A stretch of DNA of 64,000 nt from Podospora anserina (GCA_017654855.1 CM030337.1:868001-932000), one strand, 5' to 3'. Counted from the stretch's first letter, positions 29,286 to 45,780 are shown. Numbers and translations: made by a program. Notes: generated by a model from the letters alone, not told the origin.

Positions 29286-31066
29286 TCAAGGGATTTGCTT
29301 GTCGCTCTTCTCCATGTGCGCAGTCTGCTTCTCGTCGCTGGCGGAACTGGAGGGCACCATGTCCTCGGACCACTTGGCGCTGGTGATGGGGTTGACGTGG
29401 AGCATGTACATGGTGTCAATCTCCTCCAAGCTGCGGTCCTTGCTCTCCACCAAGAAGAAGAAGACGATGAGGACAAGGGCAGCGCAGCAGCCGGCGAAGA
29501 CGAGACCGTACAGGTAGCCGATCGAGTCGGTGATGAAGCGGGTGAAGAAGCTCATCAAAAAGTTCCAGAGCCAGTTGCTGGCAGTGGCAATGGCCATGGC
29601 AGGAGCGCGGTACTTGGCAGGGTAGAGCTCGGCCGTGACGACCCAGACAAGAGGACCCCAGGTGGTGGCGAAGGCGGCGATGAACAGGCAAGAGAACACG
29701 ATGAGGACGTTGCCGGCCGTGGGCGTGTTGGCTGGGTTGACGGGGTCAAGCTTGAAGCGACCAACAAACGAGTAGACGAAGAAGCACACCATCATCCAGA
29801 GGGCGCCACCCATGAGAGCATTTCTTCTTCCACACTTCTTGACAATGTAGAGACCGCCAAAGGTGCAACCAACGTTGACGGAACCGAGAATGATCTGGGT
29901 AACGTAGCTGTCGCTAAGACCGGTGGCACGGAAGATGGTGGTACCGTAGTAGAAGAAGAAGTTGGCACCCGTCAGTTGTTGACCAGCCTAACTCAAAGTT
30001 AGTTCAAGTTGCATCCGGGTGGGGGACAGGGGTTAGTTACCTGGAGAGTTATACCAAGAAGGGTACGGTAGAGCATGCGGGGACCAGTGAAGATCTCGTA
30101 CCAGCTCGTCTGGGCGCCGGCTCTCTCCTCATCAAGCTTGGCCTTGATCTCATCGATTTGTTGGTTGACAGAGGCGGCCCTCTCATCGAGGCCAGCAAGA
30201 CGAGCGATACTCCTGCGCGCCTCCTCTTCGCGGCCTACGCGGTAGGCGAAGCGGGGGGACTCGGGAAGGAAGAGGATACCAACACCGAGGATGAGCGACC
30301 AAAGGAACGACAGACCGTTGGGAATGCGCCACGAGCCAGAGTTGGACATGGTGTGGGTGCCATAGTTGATCATCTCAGCAACCCAGATGCCGAGGGTGAT
30401 GAAGAGTTGGTAGCACGAGATAAGAACACCTCTGATCTTGGCAGGGGCCGACTCGGACTGGTACATGGGTACCGCAACCGAGAGGGCACCAATACCAAAA
30501 CCAGTGACGAGGCGACCGACAGCGAATTGAGCCCATGAGCTCGACGAAGAGATTTCAATGATGTTTCCAACGCAGCAGAAGACGGCAGTGACCGAGATGG
30601 CCATGCGGCGACCCAAGGTATCGGCGATGCGGCCGGCAATGAGCGAACCAAACAAGCAGCCGGCCGGTAATAGGCCGACTATGGCACCTTGTCTGGGAGC
30701 GCTGAAGTCGTATTTGCCAGTGAGGACGTTGAATTCACCAAAGCGTCTGCCGTAGTCTTCCATATCGAAAAAGCCCGAGATTTGACCGCTAACAAGGAAG
30801 CAGGTGGAGTCAGCTTGTGTCACCATATGGAGCCGCCGAGCTGTCAAAAAAAGCAGGGCGCGGGATGGCGTGGGATGAAACAATCTCACTCACCTCACAT
30901 AGCCAAACATAAAACCACCAATACTGGCAACAGCGCCTAGTAGGATGGCAAGGCCGGTGATGCGCTGCTCGGCAGCCAGAGAAGCGGCCGAGACGTTGGC
31001 CGGGGTGCCAGACTTGGGCGAATGCTCATCGTCCGTCGTCTCGTGGAGCGATCTTGGTCCCGCCAT
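29286..31066 (-). CDS. MFS sugar (hexose) transporter, three exons
   Basis: ATG 31066; introns 30789-30893 and 29988-30040 (both GT..TAG). Motifs GGFMFGY, DTLGRR, PMYQSESAPAKIRG, PESPR, QQLTGANFFFYYG, ESKDRSLEEID. Confidence 0.96.
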
Positions 31067-33527
31067 GGTGGTGACGTTGTCAGTGGTTAAAAATTGAAGG
31101 GCCAGACAGGCTACCTCATGAAGTATGTGCGGGAGATGGTGAGAAAGAAGACAAGAAGCAGGAGGAAGATCCGGGGAAGCGTAGAAGCGATATTTATTGC
31201 GCTCTTTTCTGCACGCTTCTCTGTGGGAAGCGGAGAAAGATCAGGGGCAGCAGGCTGGAAGGTCTGGAGTTCGTGGAGTCCCCAGAGTTCTGGTTGGGAT
31301 TGAAGTTGACCTTTTTTTTCCGATCAGGTGGTGTCAATCCCGCGGGAAGGTACACTTTGGGGCGCCGGTAAGCAGAAATGAACCCGGCCTGAGTGGTGCT
31401 GGTGTGGTTCTGGTGCGGTGGGCAGGCGCAACTTGGTTGTGGATGCTTCCAGGAACAATGCGGCCGAGAGTGGATTGCGGTAAGATCGGTAGTTGGGAGG
31501 GTGGCTTGGGTTTGGTTGAGGAAGGAGCAGCACCGCTTCCTTTTGGTTTGGTTCGCGTCGGGAGAGACGGGCGCTGAACGGGCGGAATGCGAGAAGCATC
31601 TGTCGGTGTCCTGTGATGCGATGCGGCTAAACCACTAGGGGTTGCCACTGTTAGAAATGGGCGCCGACGTCGTGGCGGCCAGAGACGGCCGCCGCTCTTG
31701 TTTTGTCGTCATTCCCGCGCCCTGATAATGACGTTCCTAGCTCGAGTCGGTTTGCGGGTCTTCCGGAGCTGGTGCTGCTGGTGCAACTTGGTCACCGGTG
31801 GACCAGGGAAAACCAAGCTGGAACTGACGAGAGGCAAGGCTGAAGAACCTGGTGATTGACTGATATCTCCGTCGTCGGCTCTTGGCCCTGCGGTGGTTTG
31901 TGTTGTTTCCGTCGGCCTGGTCGGAGTTGCCTAATCGGGAGCCTGCTTCGATGCTGTGATAAAAGTTGTGCCCCTATTTCCACCCTCTTCCCACCTTCTT
32001 GTCCGACCTCCATCCTTGCTCAGAGCTCCCGTCCAGCATCTCGATAGGCCGTCGAGCTCGGTGTCTCTCTCGGTGCCAAGACCAGGTTGTCCCCAGCACA
32101 TGATGTCAGGTCCGGTTTGCTGTCCCACAATTGATGGTCGACGCCACGAGCAATTGACTCGCCGTGGCTTGTCCGCCCGCTGGCTCTGCAACACGGCCAC
32201 AAAGTCAAAACTGTGGTACCCAGTTTCCCCCCATCTGTCCATCCACATCCAATTTCCCTCGGCGGCTGACTGTTGCACTTGCGAAAGGAAGCAGCAGCAT
32301 CATGAGACGAGGGAGGGCGACCTGTGTTCAGCATCTTTCACCACGAGACAAAGTCGCATGAGGTAGACGCCTTGCCATGGAATAACATGCGCAAGGTCTG
32401 GGTGCATCACTTGATGACACGGCGCAAATTGCCTCCGCGTTCTGATGCCAAGTGGCCCCCTCCTGTTCCCCCACGAGATGCAGTCTCGAGGGAACACCGT
32501 TTGCCCCTAACACTGCCGTGTCGACGGACCTTCTTTTTCGTCCATGCGTACCACCCCTTCCTCCAAAGCCGTCGACCGACAGCGCTTGCCTCTGGTCTCG
32601 ACGACGGGCCATCCCGAGCCGTCTCGTTCGAGTCGAGCTTCCAACCATCCCACCACACACGGGCAACCAACCCATTCACAGACATCAGGAGATGAGAGTA
32701 AAGAAAATGCCAAGGAAATGCCCGGATATCGGATGTCGTCAATGGCTATCGGGCCGGCTCCGAGCCGCCACTCCGGACCTTCCGGGCCATGCCATGGCGA
32801 TGACGATAACAGATGTCTCGCTGGAGGCGGCTCTCTTTCGAGTGGTTTCCCAGCCCCATAACCCCAAAACCCCTTGTGGCTCACTTGAACCAGGAACCAA
32901 AGTTCCCAAAGCCACCGATACGTACGTACACGCCGTTTGCGCTCAACGATCTCCCATCCGCCGCCGTCCACGGTCGGCGTCTCGTAACGCAATGCACCGC
33001 CCAAGTGGAGCTCGAGAATCCGTGTTGGAGTCTCCGACACTTTTTGTTGGCCCGATTGGTACGAGCTGCCGCTGACGTCGGTGTGCGCATGCTGTTGCCG
33101 AAGAAAAACCAACATCAAGTCGTCCATCCGTCGTCTCGAAAAGTCGAAAGGAAGTGCAGGAATTTGTTTTCCTGTCAAAGAAGCGCGCGTCAGGGGACCC
33201 CCTATATCAAATAATTCCTCAGCCTCGTGCCCTATGATGCCGCCGAGACTGCGCGTGCCCAGCCTACCATACCCGAGGTCTTCCTGATTCAGCCGTTTCA
33301 GGCAAAATCCAACGATCCACTATCCAATCATTTGAGAGGAATGCCAATTCAACATTACCGAACCTGGACCAACGCCCCTTGACTTGAGATGTTGTGTTCC
33401 CTCGACGCGAGGGTGACGCCAGTTAAAATGGGAAACGCGAGTGGCAGGGCCTCGAGACGCGTTTTTGGCCGATGAGTGATGCTGTTGGCGATGACCATAT
33501 ATAAGTCTGGCGAACAATCATAGGGGT

Positions 33528-33633
33528 CTTTGTTTCTTTCCTTCTCTTTTCTCTTGTTTTGAATTCTCTTTTTCTGCCATTTTCTCTTGTATTTTTTATT
33601 CTCTTTTCTCTTTCTTTCTTTCTTTCTTTCTTT
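33528..33633. repeat. Polypyrimidine (CT/T-rich) low-complexity tract
   Basis: Read directly. Confidence 0.8.
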
Positions 33634-34747
33634 ACGACGGTGGTGGCGGGCTGCTGGCGGAGGTTGATGATGGAGGCAGTGCCCTCTTGTTCGATATCGC
33701 CTGTACGGGGAACGGTCTGCATCGTGTTCGATTCGGCTCGGGCCGACTGTCGTCATTGGTTTTGGAAGCGGCCCGCTGGGTATGGTGTCGGGAGAGCAAG
33801 TGCTCGATCTGGCCATTTGTCATCGGGTTGCTGGGAAGCATGTGGACGACCTCGCGGCATCGAGTGCATGACGACTTGGGTCAAGTGCTCATTTTGGCTG
33901 AGAGGTGGGGATCACGGAGGGACAGAGGAGCACAATGCGGATTGTGCGTCAGCTGTCTAGGCTTGTTGGAGGAAGGGTGTCGGCGCAGTCATCGCGGACA
34001 AGGACGATGACGGGATTCTGCGCCTGGGAATCATCGGGTTTCAAACGCATGGCCTTCCCAGTTCTCCGGATCGTTTGCACCTCGTGGCCCGATACCGGAT
34101 AGTTATCAATCAAAACGAGGCAAGCGGTACTTGAAGAAGCAGGAGCGTTGTGGATTGCGGGCGGGAGACATGCCCACGTGCTCACATTGTTGGCTCTGCC
34201 GCGGCTGCATCGCTGAGATGATGAGATGTCACGGTGTGGTGGAAAGATCGAGTCGGGGGTTGAAGGGGTTTTGGTCAGGCACGGAAGCCCGCTTGATGTA
34301 AGTGTGTGCAACAGCCAGATGGATGTTTGTCCCGGCAAGGTCGGATAGCTGCTTGAACCGGTCATCCGACCTTGGTTCCGAGTCATCTCGGCTTCGGGGA
34401 CGGCTCCGCTTATTCGGGTAGCACGCAATCGCTGGCAGTGTCCAAGAGTGGTTCTTTTCTTTGGCTGACATCTTCTTTTTTGTCTTTTGCGGTGTTCTGG
34501 TGGTGATTTGTTGGCTTGTCTTGGACATACAGACAAGGCCGTTTTGATTGGCATGGGGCTTTGTTCCTGGTGCACAGCATCTTGCGTGATTGGCGTCTGT
34601 AACTGCCACTGCCCCCGGATGCCTCCGGCCGCATATATCGGTCAAATTGACGGCAATGGCTAGCTCTGTTCATTCTGTTTATGATGTTCCAGCATCTGTT
34701 TCTCTCCATCATACAAATCCACTAGCCCTCCCGTCCCCCAGTCCACC

Positions 34748-35319
34748 TCAAGCCCGCAAAGGCCTTGCATATCTGGCCATCCCCTCTTCTTTCCAGCGGT
34801 GCGCGTCATTTGCCTCAGCTCTGCCAGTCACCCTAGCATTCAAGGCACAATTCGACTGCGTGGTGACATAGATCCCCCAGCTGGTGGTACATTGCTGGCA
34901 GTCGGAGGCTGTGGGGCAGATGGACGTTGTCGTTGGTGCCACTGAGGCTCTTGTGCACCCGCAGGGGACGATTACCGGGACTTTGTTTGTTGTCAGCGGG
35001 AAGAAATCCATCCTCGATATAAGGGAACTTACAATCGGCATTGCAACGGATACTAGTGGCGCAGGTCACCGCACAGCCTGATGTCTTATACCAGGTTGCT
35101 GTCGGGCGGTAGGTGCATGATGCCGGGAGAAGTCCTCCTGGGTCTGGGGTGGGTGTTGGCCAGGTTGGGAGGGTGGGGAGAGTTCTTGTTGGTATTTGGG
35201 CGAGGGTTTGGTGGCTGGGTGTGGTTGTATTATCTCAGTATGGTTCACTTGGTATGGGAAAGGAGAGTTGCCTACGCTAGAAGGGTAAGGGCTGCTAGGA
35301 TGAGGGTTACGAGATACAT
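34748..35319 (-). CDS. Small secreted cysteine-rich protein, 152 aa, three exons (not seen whole in the ORF track)
   Basis: TATA-like TATATAG near 35410-35416 and context CACAACCATG. Exons 35319-35276, 35214-35033, 34980-34748; introns 35215-35275 (GTAGGC..CAG, 61 nt) and 34981-35032 (GTAAGT..GCTGAC..AAG, 52 nt). The spliced frame is open for 153 codons: hydrophobic leader MYLVTLILAALTLLAHQTLA, P/T-rich linker, 10 Cys. Confidence 0.78.
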
Positions 35320-38300
35320 GGTTGTGTTTCGAAGTCCTTGTTCGGGTGTTATTCAAGGGGAGGGTCGCTGCTGGCTGAAAATTGTGACGTGGTTGTGGTG
35401 ATCACAGCCCTATATAGAGTGACAGTGACAATCATGGGAACGGCAAGTAGTCAGTCAGTCATGCCATCAGGCTCTGGAAGACATACCCGACTTATAACCC
35501 GATCCAGCTCCGCCAAGTGCTTTATCTCGATTGCGGGGAAAGGCCATATGTACCACGCGGGTTGGGTTATTTGCTCTAGTCAGGTATTGGCTTCCGCCAT
35601 TCGGCTAAGACGTAGGGACGAGTAATCAAGTTGTTTTTTTGCGAATTGTGACTTCCGCCTGCCAATATGGATCTTCGGCGTCGATATTCCCCCCCTTATA
35701 GGTCAACCTATATGTGCTATCATCCAATTACCCGGTACCCCAGTTTTGACATTGGCCGGGGTCCTTTCCTTTGTTCCTTGGTGAAGATTCTGTACGGAGG
35801 GTAAGTCTCCAGAATTTTCCGTCGATAGAAGACCAGTAGACGGCACGCGGGTAGTTCGTCTCGGTAGTCGAGCAGGCCAAGGGACTTATTGGCGCGCATC
35901 AGTCGTATCCGAGATGGATCCGGGTCATGTACATCCCGCGCTGTGGATCTTGAGCCGCCGATGTGGGTGGCTCTATGGCGATGCGTTGATGGAGGCCCTG
36001 CATGAGTTGAGCAAGGACTGAGTGATCAACGTGGCACTGCGCAAGTTTGATGGCGGGTAGTTTGGCGGCGAATGGTCCATGGATGCCGCCATGATTCCGA
36101 CATTGTCATGGGATCGAACGACTGTGAGATACACCATCAATCCTGGATGAGTCAACTGCGAGTGTTCACCAGCTGTTCATATCTCGTGCTGGGATCGTCC
36201 TGGATAGTCGTGGGGTTGATCGTGGGTAGGTGGTTGAGCACCTAGTCCGGGCCGGAGCACCGAGGCAGCAGGTAGCAATGAGGAATGCTGACATTCAAGT
36301 CGACCTTTGGATCACCCAGGTATCTGAGAGTAAAGGAGTAACCAGGTCAAATGGCTCATCGGTCAACCGCGACAGAACGTGGATTCCTTTAAACCCGAGA
36401 TCGGGTTGCTCCGATCTCTCGGAAACAAACCCCCCACCCAATGACACCTGTGGTGGAACTCCTCAGGCAGAGGGTTCGATTCCTTTTGCTTGATCATTTT
36501 TTGGACTTCTGAGTAATTGTGCAGTCCATCATCTACACAGTCGTTCCACCATCCATGCCCTCGATTTCGACGACCACAACACCTCACTGCAGTTGTCACC
36601 CAGAACTGGCCCCATACGTGACCAAAGGATAGACTTGTACTATATTAAATTACTTTTGGGAGGTTTGTGGCGATTGATAGAGATAAGCCAAAACGTTCGT
36701 GTTGGGTATGAAGACGTCTAGTGTATCTGCGGTTGTGGACAGCTCGGGGGTCAGCATGATCAATCGTGTAGATGAGGGTCGATTCGATGACCAAAAAATT
36801 CTCATGTCTCGGTAATCCTACTCGATTTGCGTTGATTTTACATAATTTCTGCCAGTGTGCATTGAATCACTTCACGGTTGAGGATGGTTGCCGTGTCGAG
36901 CAACCCCATGAATAACGATGAAATCCCAAAACCACGCAACACTACGGTAAAAACGTAGCCTTTTTCTGATGGAAGGTGATAAAATATGTCATTTAGGTTA
37001 CAGCCATATGATTTCCACTCAAGGATCGTGCATGTACATTCCATGATGTCCAGAACTATTCGTTGGTAACTGGATTCGATGTTTTCCAAATCATGAAAAG
37101 AAAAGAAAAATAAAAGTTTATCGATTTGAATAAAGATAGCACAGGAAGTTCCCCTCACTTCCACACATCTAATGAAAGTAATTTTAGCCATGTAACTTCA
37201 GATTGCGCCCTGTGGTGGTGAAATTATGTTACCTGGTCCAAGTCTGAGACCATGAAAATGTGGCAGGCAACATCGTAGACAACCACGCTGAGTAATTTAT
37301 GGCTGAAAAACATGATAGAGGGTGAAGTAAAACTAGACATGAATTATTCTGCAGCAGAGCGATCGTAACAAAAGAAAAGTCAACTGCATCACATATATGA
37401 CTATGAACTCAAAACCTAGCACCAAGTCAATTTCATACACTACAAGACAAAAATCAAACCAACCCAGTATTACTCTAACCATAATACACTCTCCACTCTA
37501 AGACCAGCTCAAGAACTCGAACAATAAGCTCAAGCCACACCTTCATGTCCATTCAAGTTCTCATCTTGATTTCTAAACCCAACCTCAAAAACCCAATTTT
37601 AACATTAACACAACCTCAATCTCAACCATACAATTACCGCCAGAGCATGTATGAAGCTTTAAACCTTCTTCGAAACCCCAAACCCATCTCCTTACCACTC
37701 TCCCACCATCATCTGACACATCCAACACCTCTGATGAAGTCCTCCTGACACACCTATCAGCCCCACCTATTCCCCCCAATCCAACCAATTACATCATGGC
37801 TACACAACAACATCACACTTCTCTCTCACACAAAAATCAGCACAACTCCCAACAGCCGCAGAGCATCAGACCGAACAAAACGGAGGGCTTAATATTCCGC
37901 ATCAGCAGATCAGACAAAGGATTTGCAAGACAACCGCCCAGGCAGGTGGGCAGCAGCAGCAGCCAGCAAACATCCATTTTCTTCGTGATATCATCTGCCC
38001 CTTCATAAGTAGAACAAGACTGCAAAATCAATATGTGAAATGATGCCCTGATTTCTTGCACACGAGTCACTCCAGAAGGGTTGCGCCTGCTCTTCTTTCC
38101 ACAGCAGAAACTCAACCAAGTTCCCCAAATCTCAAAAGGTCCAGGCACAAAGATCAGACAGCAACGCGCATGTGGAGCCCATCCCAAACCCACAAACCCC
38201 CACCATCAACAAGTCAAGGATCCAACGCGTCGCGACCATGGCATGGATCAACACAAGAGAAGCGCGCCAGGAATTGCAAAGTTAAGAAGAGCAGCCACGG

Positions 38301-38586
38301 TCACGAAGCAAATGGCACAGCAAAAAGTGATTTGTAATGTTGTTTGGTATTCCGCTTTCACATCAAAGAGATGCTACTAACTCAATCTCCCCCCTTCTCC
38401 TCGTCCCATATGGTACACCATCGCCGCCACCGCCCATCATAAAAAACGCGAGGAAAAAAATAAAATCCCAATTGTCCCAGAGTATTTGCCCCAAATGTGT
38501 AAAACAGGAAAAAAACGCAGCGCCCAGTAATAAGTGATAAGAACCCGTCATGAAATGCAAATCGTAAACGACTTCCCAGTGATTGT

Positions 38587-41323
<2,737 letters not shown>

Positions 41324-42819
41324 GCGTTTTCCCCACCATGGGGTTCTGCTACTGCTAGCTTTGGGGTTTGGGGGTCGGGTTTATGACTATTTTTCACACT
41401 GGGAATGCTTTGATTGACGAAGGGAATCATCATGGCAGCAATTAACGGGGGACACAACGGCGTTCGTGCTTGGGTTTTTTTTATTCACTGCGGTGGTTTT
41501 CTTTACTCGGGATTGATTTGTACATTACCCCGCGCGCGCGAGTTCTTGCATCTGCCCACGGGCTTTGGCGAGAATGGAGATGGATGGGCATAATAAACTA
41601 CGCCTGAAAAAACTACACACAGTGGCTGAAGAGCCAGCGTTGATTTCACTCTCTTGCTTTGACCTTGTGTGACTCTGACTGCGGTGGCAACACTTTTTCT
41701 TTCTTCTTCTTTGACGTGACGCGTCTTTTAGTGTTGGGTTTCTGGTCCCCCGCGACGCGAGGTCAAAACATGAATTCCAGATGCCGTGTTTACTCCACAT
41801 CGCGTTGAGGCGTGTTATCCCTGCCCTTGTCACGGATAGAGGTTGTGGTGGGTCATCGGATGGGGGAGAGCCATGATGGATGCTGACAGCGGCGAAGGGA
41901 CTGTGTTGCTTTGGCCGGACAGGACGCGGGTGTGGGATTGGATGTGAGATTGTGGTGTGATTTTTGCTCGAGACTCTGGCACGGTTTGGAAGAGAGATAG
42001 TATGTGGAGTTTGAAGGGTGAAGTCATCAAGGATGGGGGGCGGTGATGGTCATGATGGAGATGATGCTTGCATGTGAAGAGAGATTTCACTTGTAGTAGG
42101 AGATGGAGCAGTAGACAAGTGGCCAGATTTGGACAGATTTAAGGAAGTCCATGGTATTCGGAGTGTGGACTACTGAGGTCAGTTTTCCGTGTAGAGTCGT
42201 AAGGTGCTGATCTTGAGTGTTATCTCGATGATCTTTAGAGGTGGACGGTGTCAGAGCTGTGGTGGTGTCTCGGATAAGAGACATGATATGGCTTGGGGCA
42301 GAGTACATGATTTTCAGATCTGGAATGGTTGCATATTGCGAGGAGAGGGCCGACGATTGGCGGCGGCCGTGCTGATGGGTGTGGGCTGGTGGTGGTTGGC
42401 TGGGTCTTCTCTTCTGGCAGAGACTACATGCATACAAGTTTGCGATATCATCTTGGGGTTGCATTTCCTTAGGGGGTTGTTTATGGTGGTTAATGTTAGA
42501 GCAGCTGGTAGAGGGGGCACAGTACGAGTTGGTTGGGTGAGTTGGTCGGGATGGTAGTGACGTTATGAGACTGAAATCATGGTGATGTGATGTACGTGAG
42601 AACCACACACACACGCACGTTTGAGGCTGGTCTCAAAACAATCCATGATTTCACCATCAACAACAGCTCAAATTCACCAACAAGTGTTTGACACTCTGAA
42701 CAATACGCTCTGTTGTTCCTAGCCGTATATCCCAAGAAAATATCCAAGTTATATCCAAGCCTCACCACCCTCACGCCGACACTGCCCTCCCCAATCCCGG
42801 TCAGACTACCACCACCCGC

Positions 42820-43618
42820 TCACAAAACCGCCCTCCACCCCTTACTCCCCTCCCCCCTCCTAGCAGTCTTCAATTCCCCCTCCAACCCCAAAAACCCCAC
42901 CACCTGGCCCAAATGATCAACCCCCCAAAACCCCTCCCTCTCCCCCTTAGCATTCGTCACACTAAACCAAGGCAGCCCAAACGCCCCCTCGTCAAAAGCC
43001 CGGTCAGTGTTCCTGATCAGTGCCTCCTTCCCAACAGTCTTGGCCCTCTCCAGCACTTTACTCGCTTCCTCCTCCCCAAACAGCTCCACCAAGGTCTCTT
43101 TCAAGATTTCCGGTTTGTGCGTAGCTACCCCGTCGGCCCAGTGCTTTTTGAAGAGGAGGTCCAGCGCGGGTGTGAGCTGGGCGGGGGAAAGCGTGGCGAG
43201 GGAGCGCATTATGGGTAGGGAGGGGGCGGGGAAGTCGGGGGGGAGGCCGGGGAACATGGGGATGGAGAAGAGGGTGGACCAGCGGAGGCGTTCGAGGTTT
43301 ATCCATTTGTCTTTGTCTGGGGGGAGGGTTAGAAGGTTGAAATGGGGAGGGGAAAGGGGGGAAAGGAATGGGGGAGGAAATACTCTTGATTTTGATGGGA
43401 GCGGTGTTACCGCATTTGTGCATCAAGCCCCCCAGGAAGATGGGGATGTATTCTACTTCTACATTGCGGAAGATTGGGTCGTTCTAACATGAGAAGAGGA
43501 TTAGATATGAGATGATGGAGGGAGAAGGTGGGAAAAGTACCCGGAGGATGTGATATGCTGCGTAGGCAAAGGGGCTGACGGTGTCAACGAAGAGGGTGAT
43601 TTTGGGTATGGTGGCCAT
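42820..43618 (-). CDS. Glutathione S-transferase kappa / DSBA-like (HCCA isomerase family) protein
   Basis: Exons 43618-43541, 43483-43384, 43316-42820. Motifs ITLFVDTVSPFAY, PIFLGGLM, NKDKWI, GAFGLPWF, FWGVDH. Probable 5'-UTR intron ending directly before the ATG (GCTAAC..CCAG-ATG). Confidence 0.92.
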
Positions 43619-45780
43619 CTGGAGTACTCGGGTTAGCATTATGTTAGACACCGGTGAGTGAGGTGGTAGTGGTGGTGGTGATGGACGGTAGGAGGGAATG
43701 GTGCAGCGGTGGTACCTTGATATCTTTTAGAAATTAATAACTGCAGGTAATGAAACAATGCAGTGAATACAAGCAAAGGGTGCGCCCTTAGGTCAACAAC
43801 TTATATTAATCTACATTACTCGATTGACGTCGTCCCCTTGTCCCGGGGGGCTGGCCGACGCTATCCCCTAGCCGTTCTACCCCAACTTGACTGGTCGTTC
43901 AAGCCGAGGAACTCCCCCGCATTTCTGAGAGGCGGGAGGCGGGGACGGAAACGCGGTACCGATGGCTTTGATGGAAAGACATTCTAAAGAGTCTGAGCAT
44001 GAGAGAGACGATGAGATGAGACGTTGCTCGATATCAACGGGCTGCTAGAGATTTCCATAAAATCAGCCCATGCTGTTGGGTGGTAGAGAGAGGTTTTAAG
44101 GTAGTGAGAAGCTGCTGTTTAGCCATCACTTCTTATCTTATCAGCCAATTATTCCCAGAGCAAAGACAATGTTGATCGAACGCGCGCACGGAAATGTGTT
44201 CAACTTCGACCGGTATGACAACACAATTCTATAGCAGGACTCTTCTCTCTTTGGTGACGCCCCCAAAGTCTATCTAGGATTACTATTGGGAATGTAGTAG
44301 GTACCTTGAGCCAAAAGCCCAATGCTGACTCCGCAGACGATGTCATCTACCCGAGCCCAGGCTTCGGTGAACAGCCGACAAAGCAACCTTTCGCACAACG
44401 GCTTGATCAAGTTTGAACAAAGCTCCAGAGGGAACATAGCTGTTCGTTATCTTACCCAAATGATATGATATGGGCACACTTTGAAGTTGTCTTTGTCATT
44501 CAGTGGCGCCCCTCATTATGCTGGGGTCTTGGCACCATCCATTCGTCGGATCCACACTTGACGACATCATCAACGCCTCTTGGGCTCAAGTCAACTCTTC
44601 CCGTGGCCAAAGGGGGAAATTGACAAAAACAATGTCAAAACATTGGGATAGGTCCAAATAGAAGACCCGTGAGTTTGGATTTCCCACATAGTTGAATGAG
44701 AACCACAATTGCTTCAATTTTGAAGCATGAGCCCGTTAGTCCTGGAAGGTATCCTCGATATTCATTCATCCACACCTATGTTAATCCTACGCCCCAAAAT
44801 TTCATTCTGCTCTCCCCAGCACACATCACATCTCTATCCCTCTGCACCTCCCATCGCATCCCATTTATACCTCGTCAGTGGGCAAACATGAACACATCAC
44901 CCTCCCTTCCCAAAAATCACAGCCTCAAGTCGCCACGAAGGGCCACCGTGACAGCCTCGCCTTGATCCCTCTGCCCCCCCCTGCACTGCTACCCTTCACC
45001 ATCCACAAGACCAGCTCGCAGTGGATTTCCCCCTTCCCTCCCGCGTCTCGCCGCTCTACAACCCAGCAGCGCTCCCAAGCGACTCATCCTCGCAGTTAAA
45101 CAGTGACCTCCCCCCCCCCTCCCCCCCGACCAAGACGGGCACCACCTTCACCCCACCTAGCACTGAAGCGCTTGATGAATAGGTGGGGATTTGCTTCCCT
45201 GGCGTCGGGCTGGTGAAGCTAGAGGTGGCGTGGAGATGAGACGTGATGTGAGGACGACAAAACAAGACGTGCTCTAGTCGTTTGGTGTGCTGTGTGGGTG
45301 ATATATATTAAGCCCGCCACAGTCGGGCCTGTAGGGTTGGAGTCTTGAAATTGACCTTGGTAGATGGGAGAAAGACTGAGATTTGACTGGTCAGGTCGAG
45401 GACAGGTCAAGCTCGGTAGAGTCCTGTCGACTCCTTGACTGCCAAGGGGTGAGGTTGGGGGAATTATCAAAGTAGGTCTTTAGTCGGGGAGATCAACACG
45501 TTTTTGCTTGTAGTTTTCCAAGCAAAAGGACCCGGTTGTTCATTCTTAAGCATGAGAACAAGGCCACATATCCCACAGACGACTATATCCTCGCCCATCA
45601 AAACTGCACCAAACGTATAGCCAACCCGTTTAAACTCAAAAGCCTTGACTCGATTTATTAACTAGATCAAACGCAGTACCTTTTCACATTACCAAACAAC
45701 ACCATGCCCCATGCCAAGCCCACCAAACCCGTTCCATCAACTATATACAACCGACCTCTCTCTCAACAACCCCGCAGATT

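Noticed and set aside
36440-36492. GGTTCGATTCC tRNA T-loop/B-box-like motif
   Set aside because: No A-box, acceptor stem or anticodon arm could be built around it.
45056-45265. TAG-interrupted ORF as an A-to-I-edited premature-stop gene
   Set aside because: No ATG in frame, and read-through adds only about 20 codons before a TGA.
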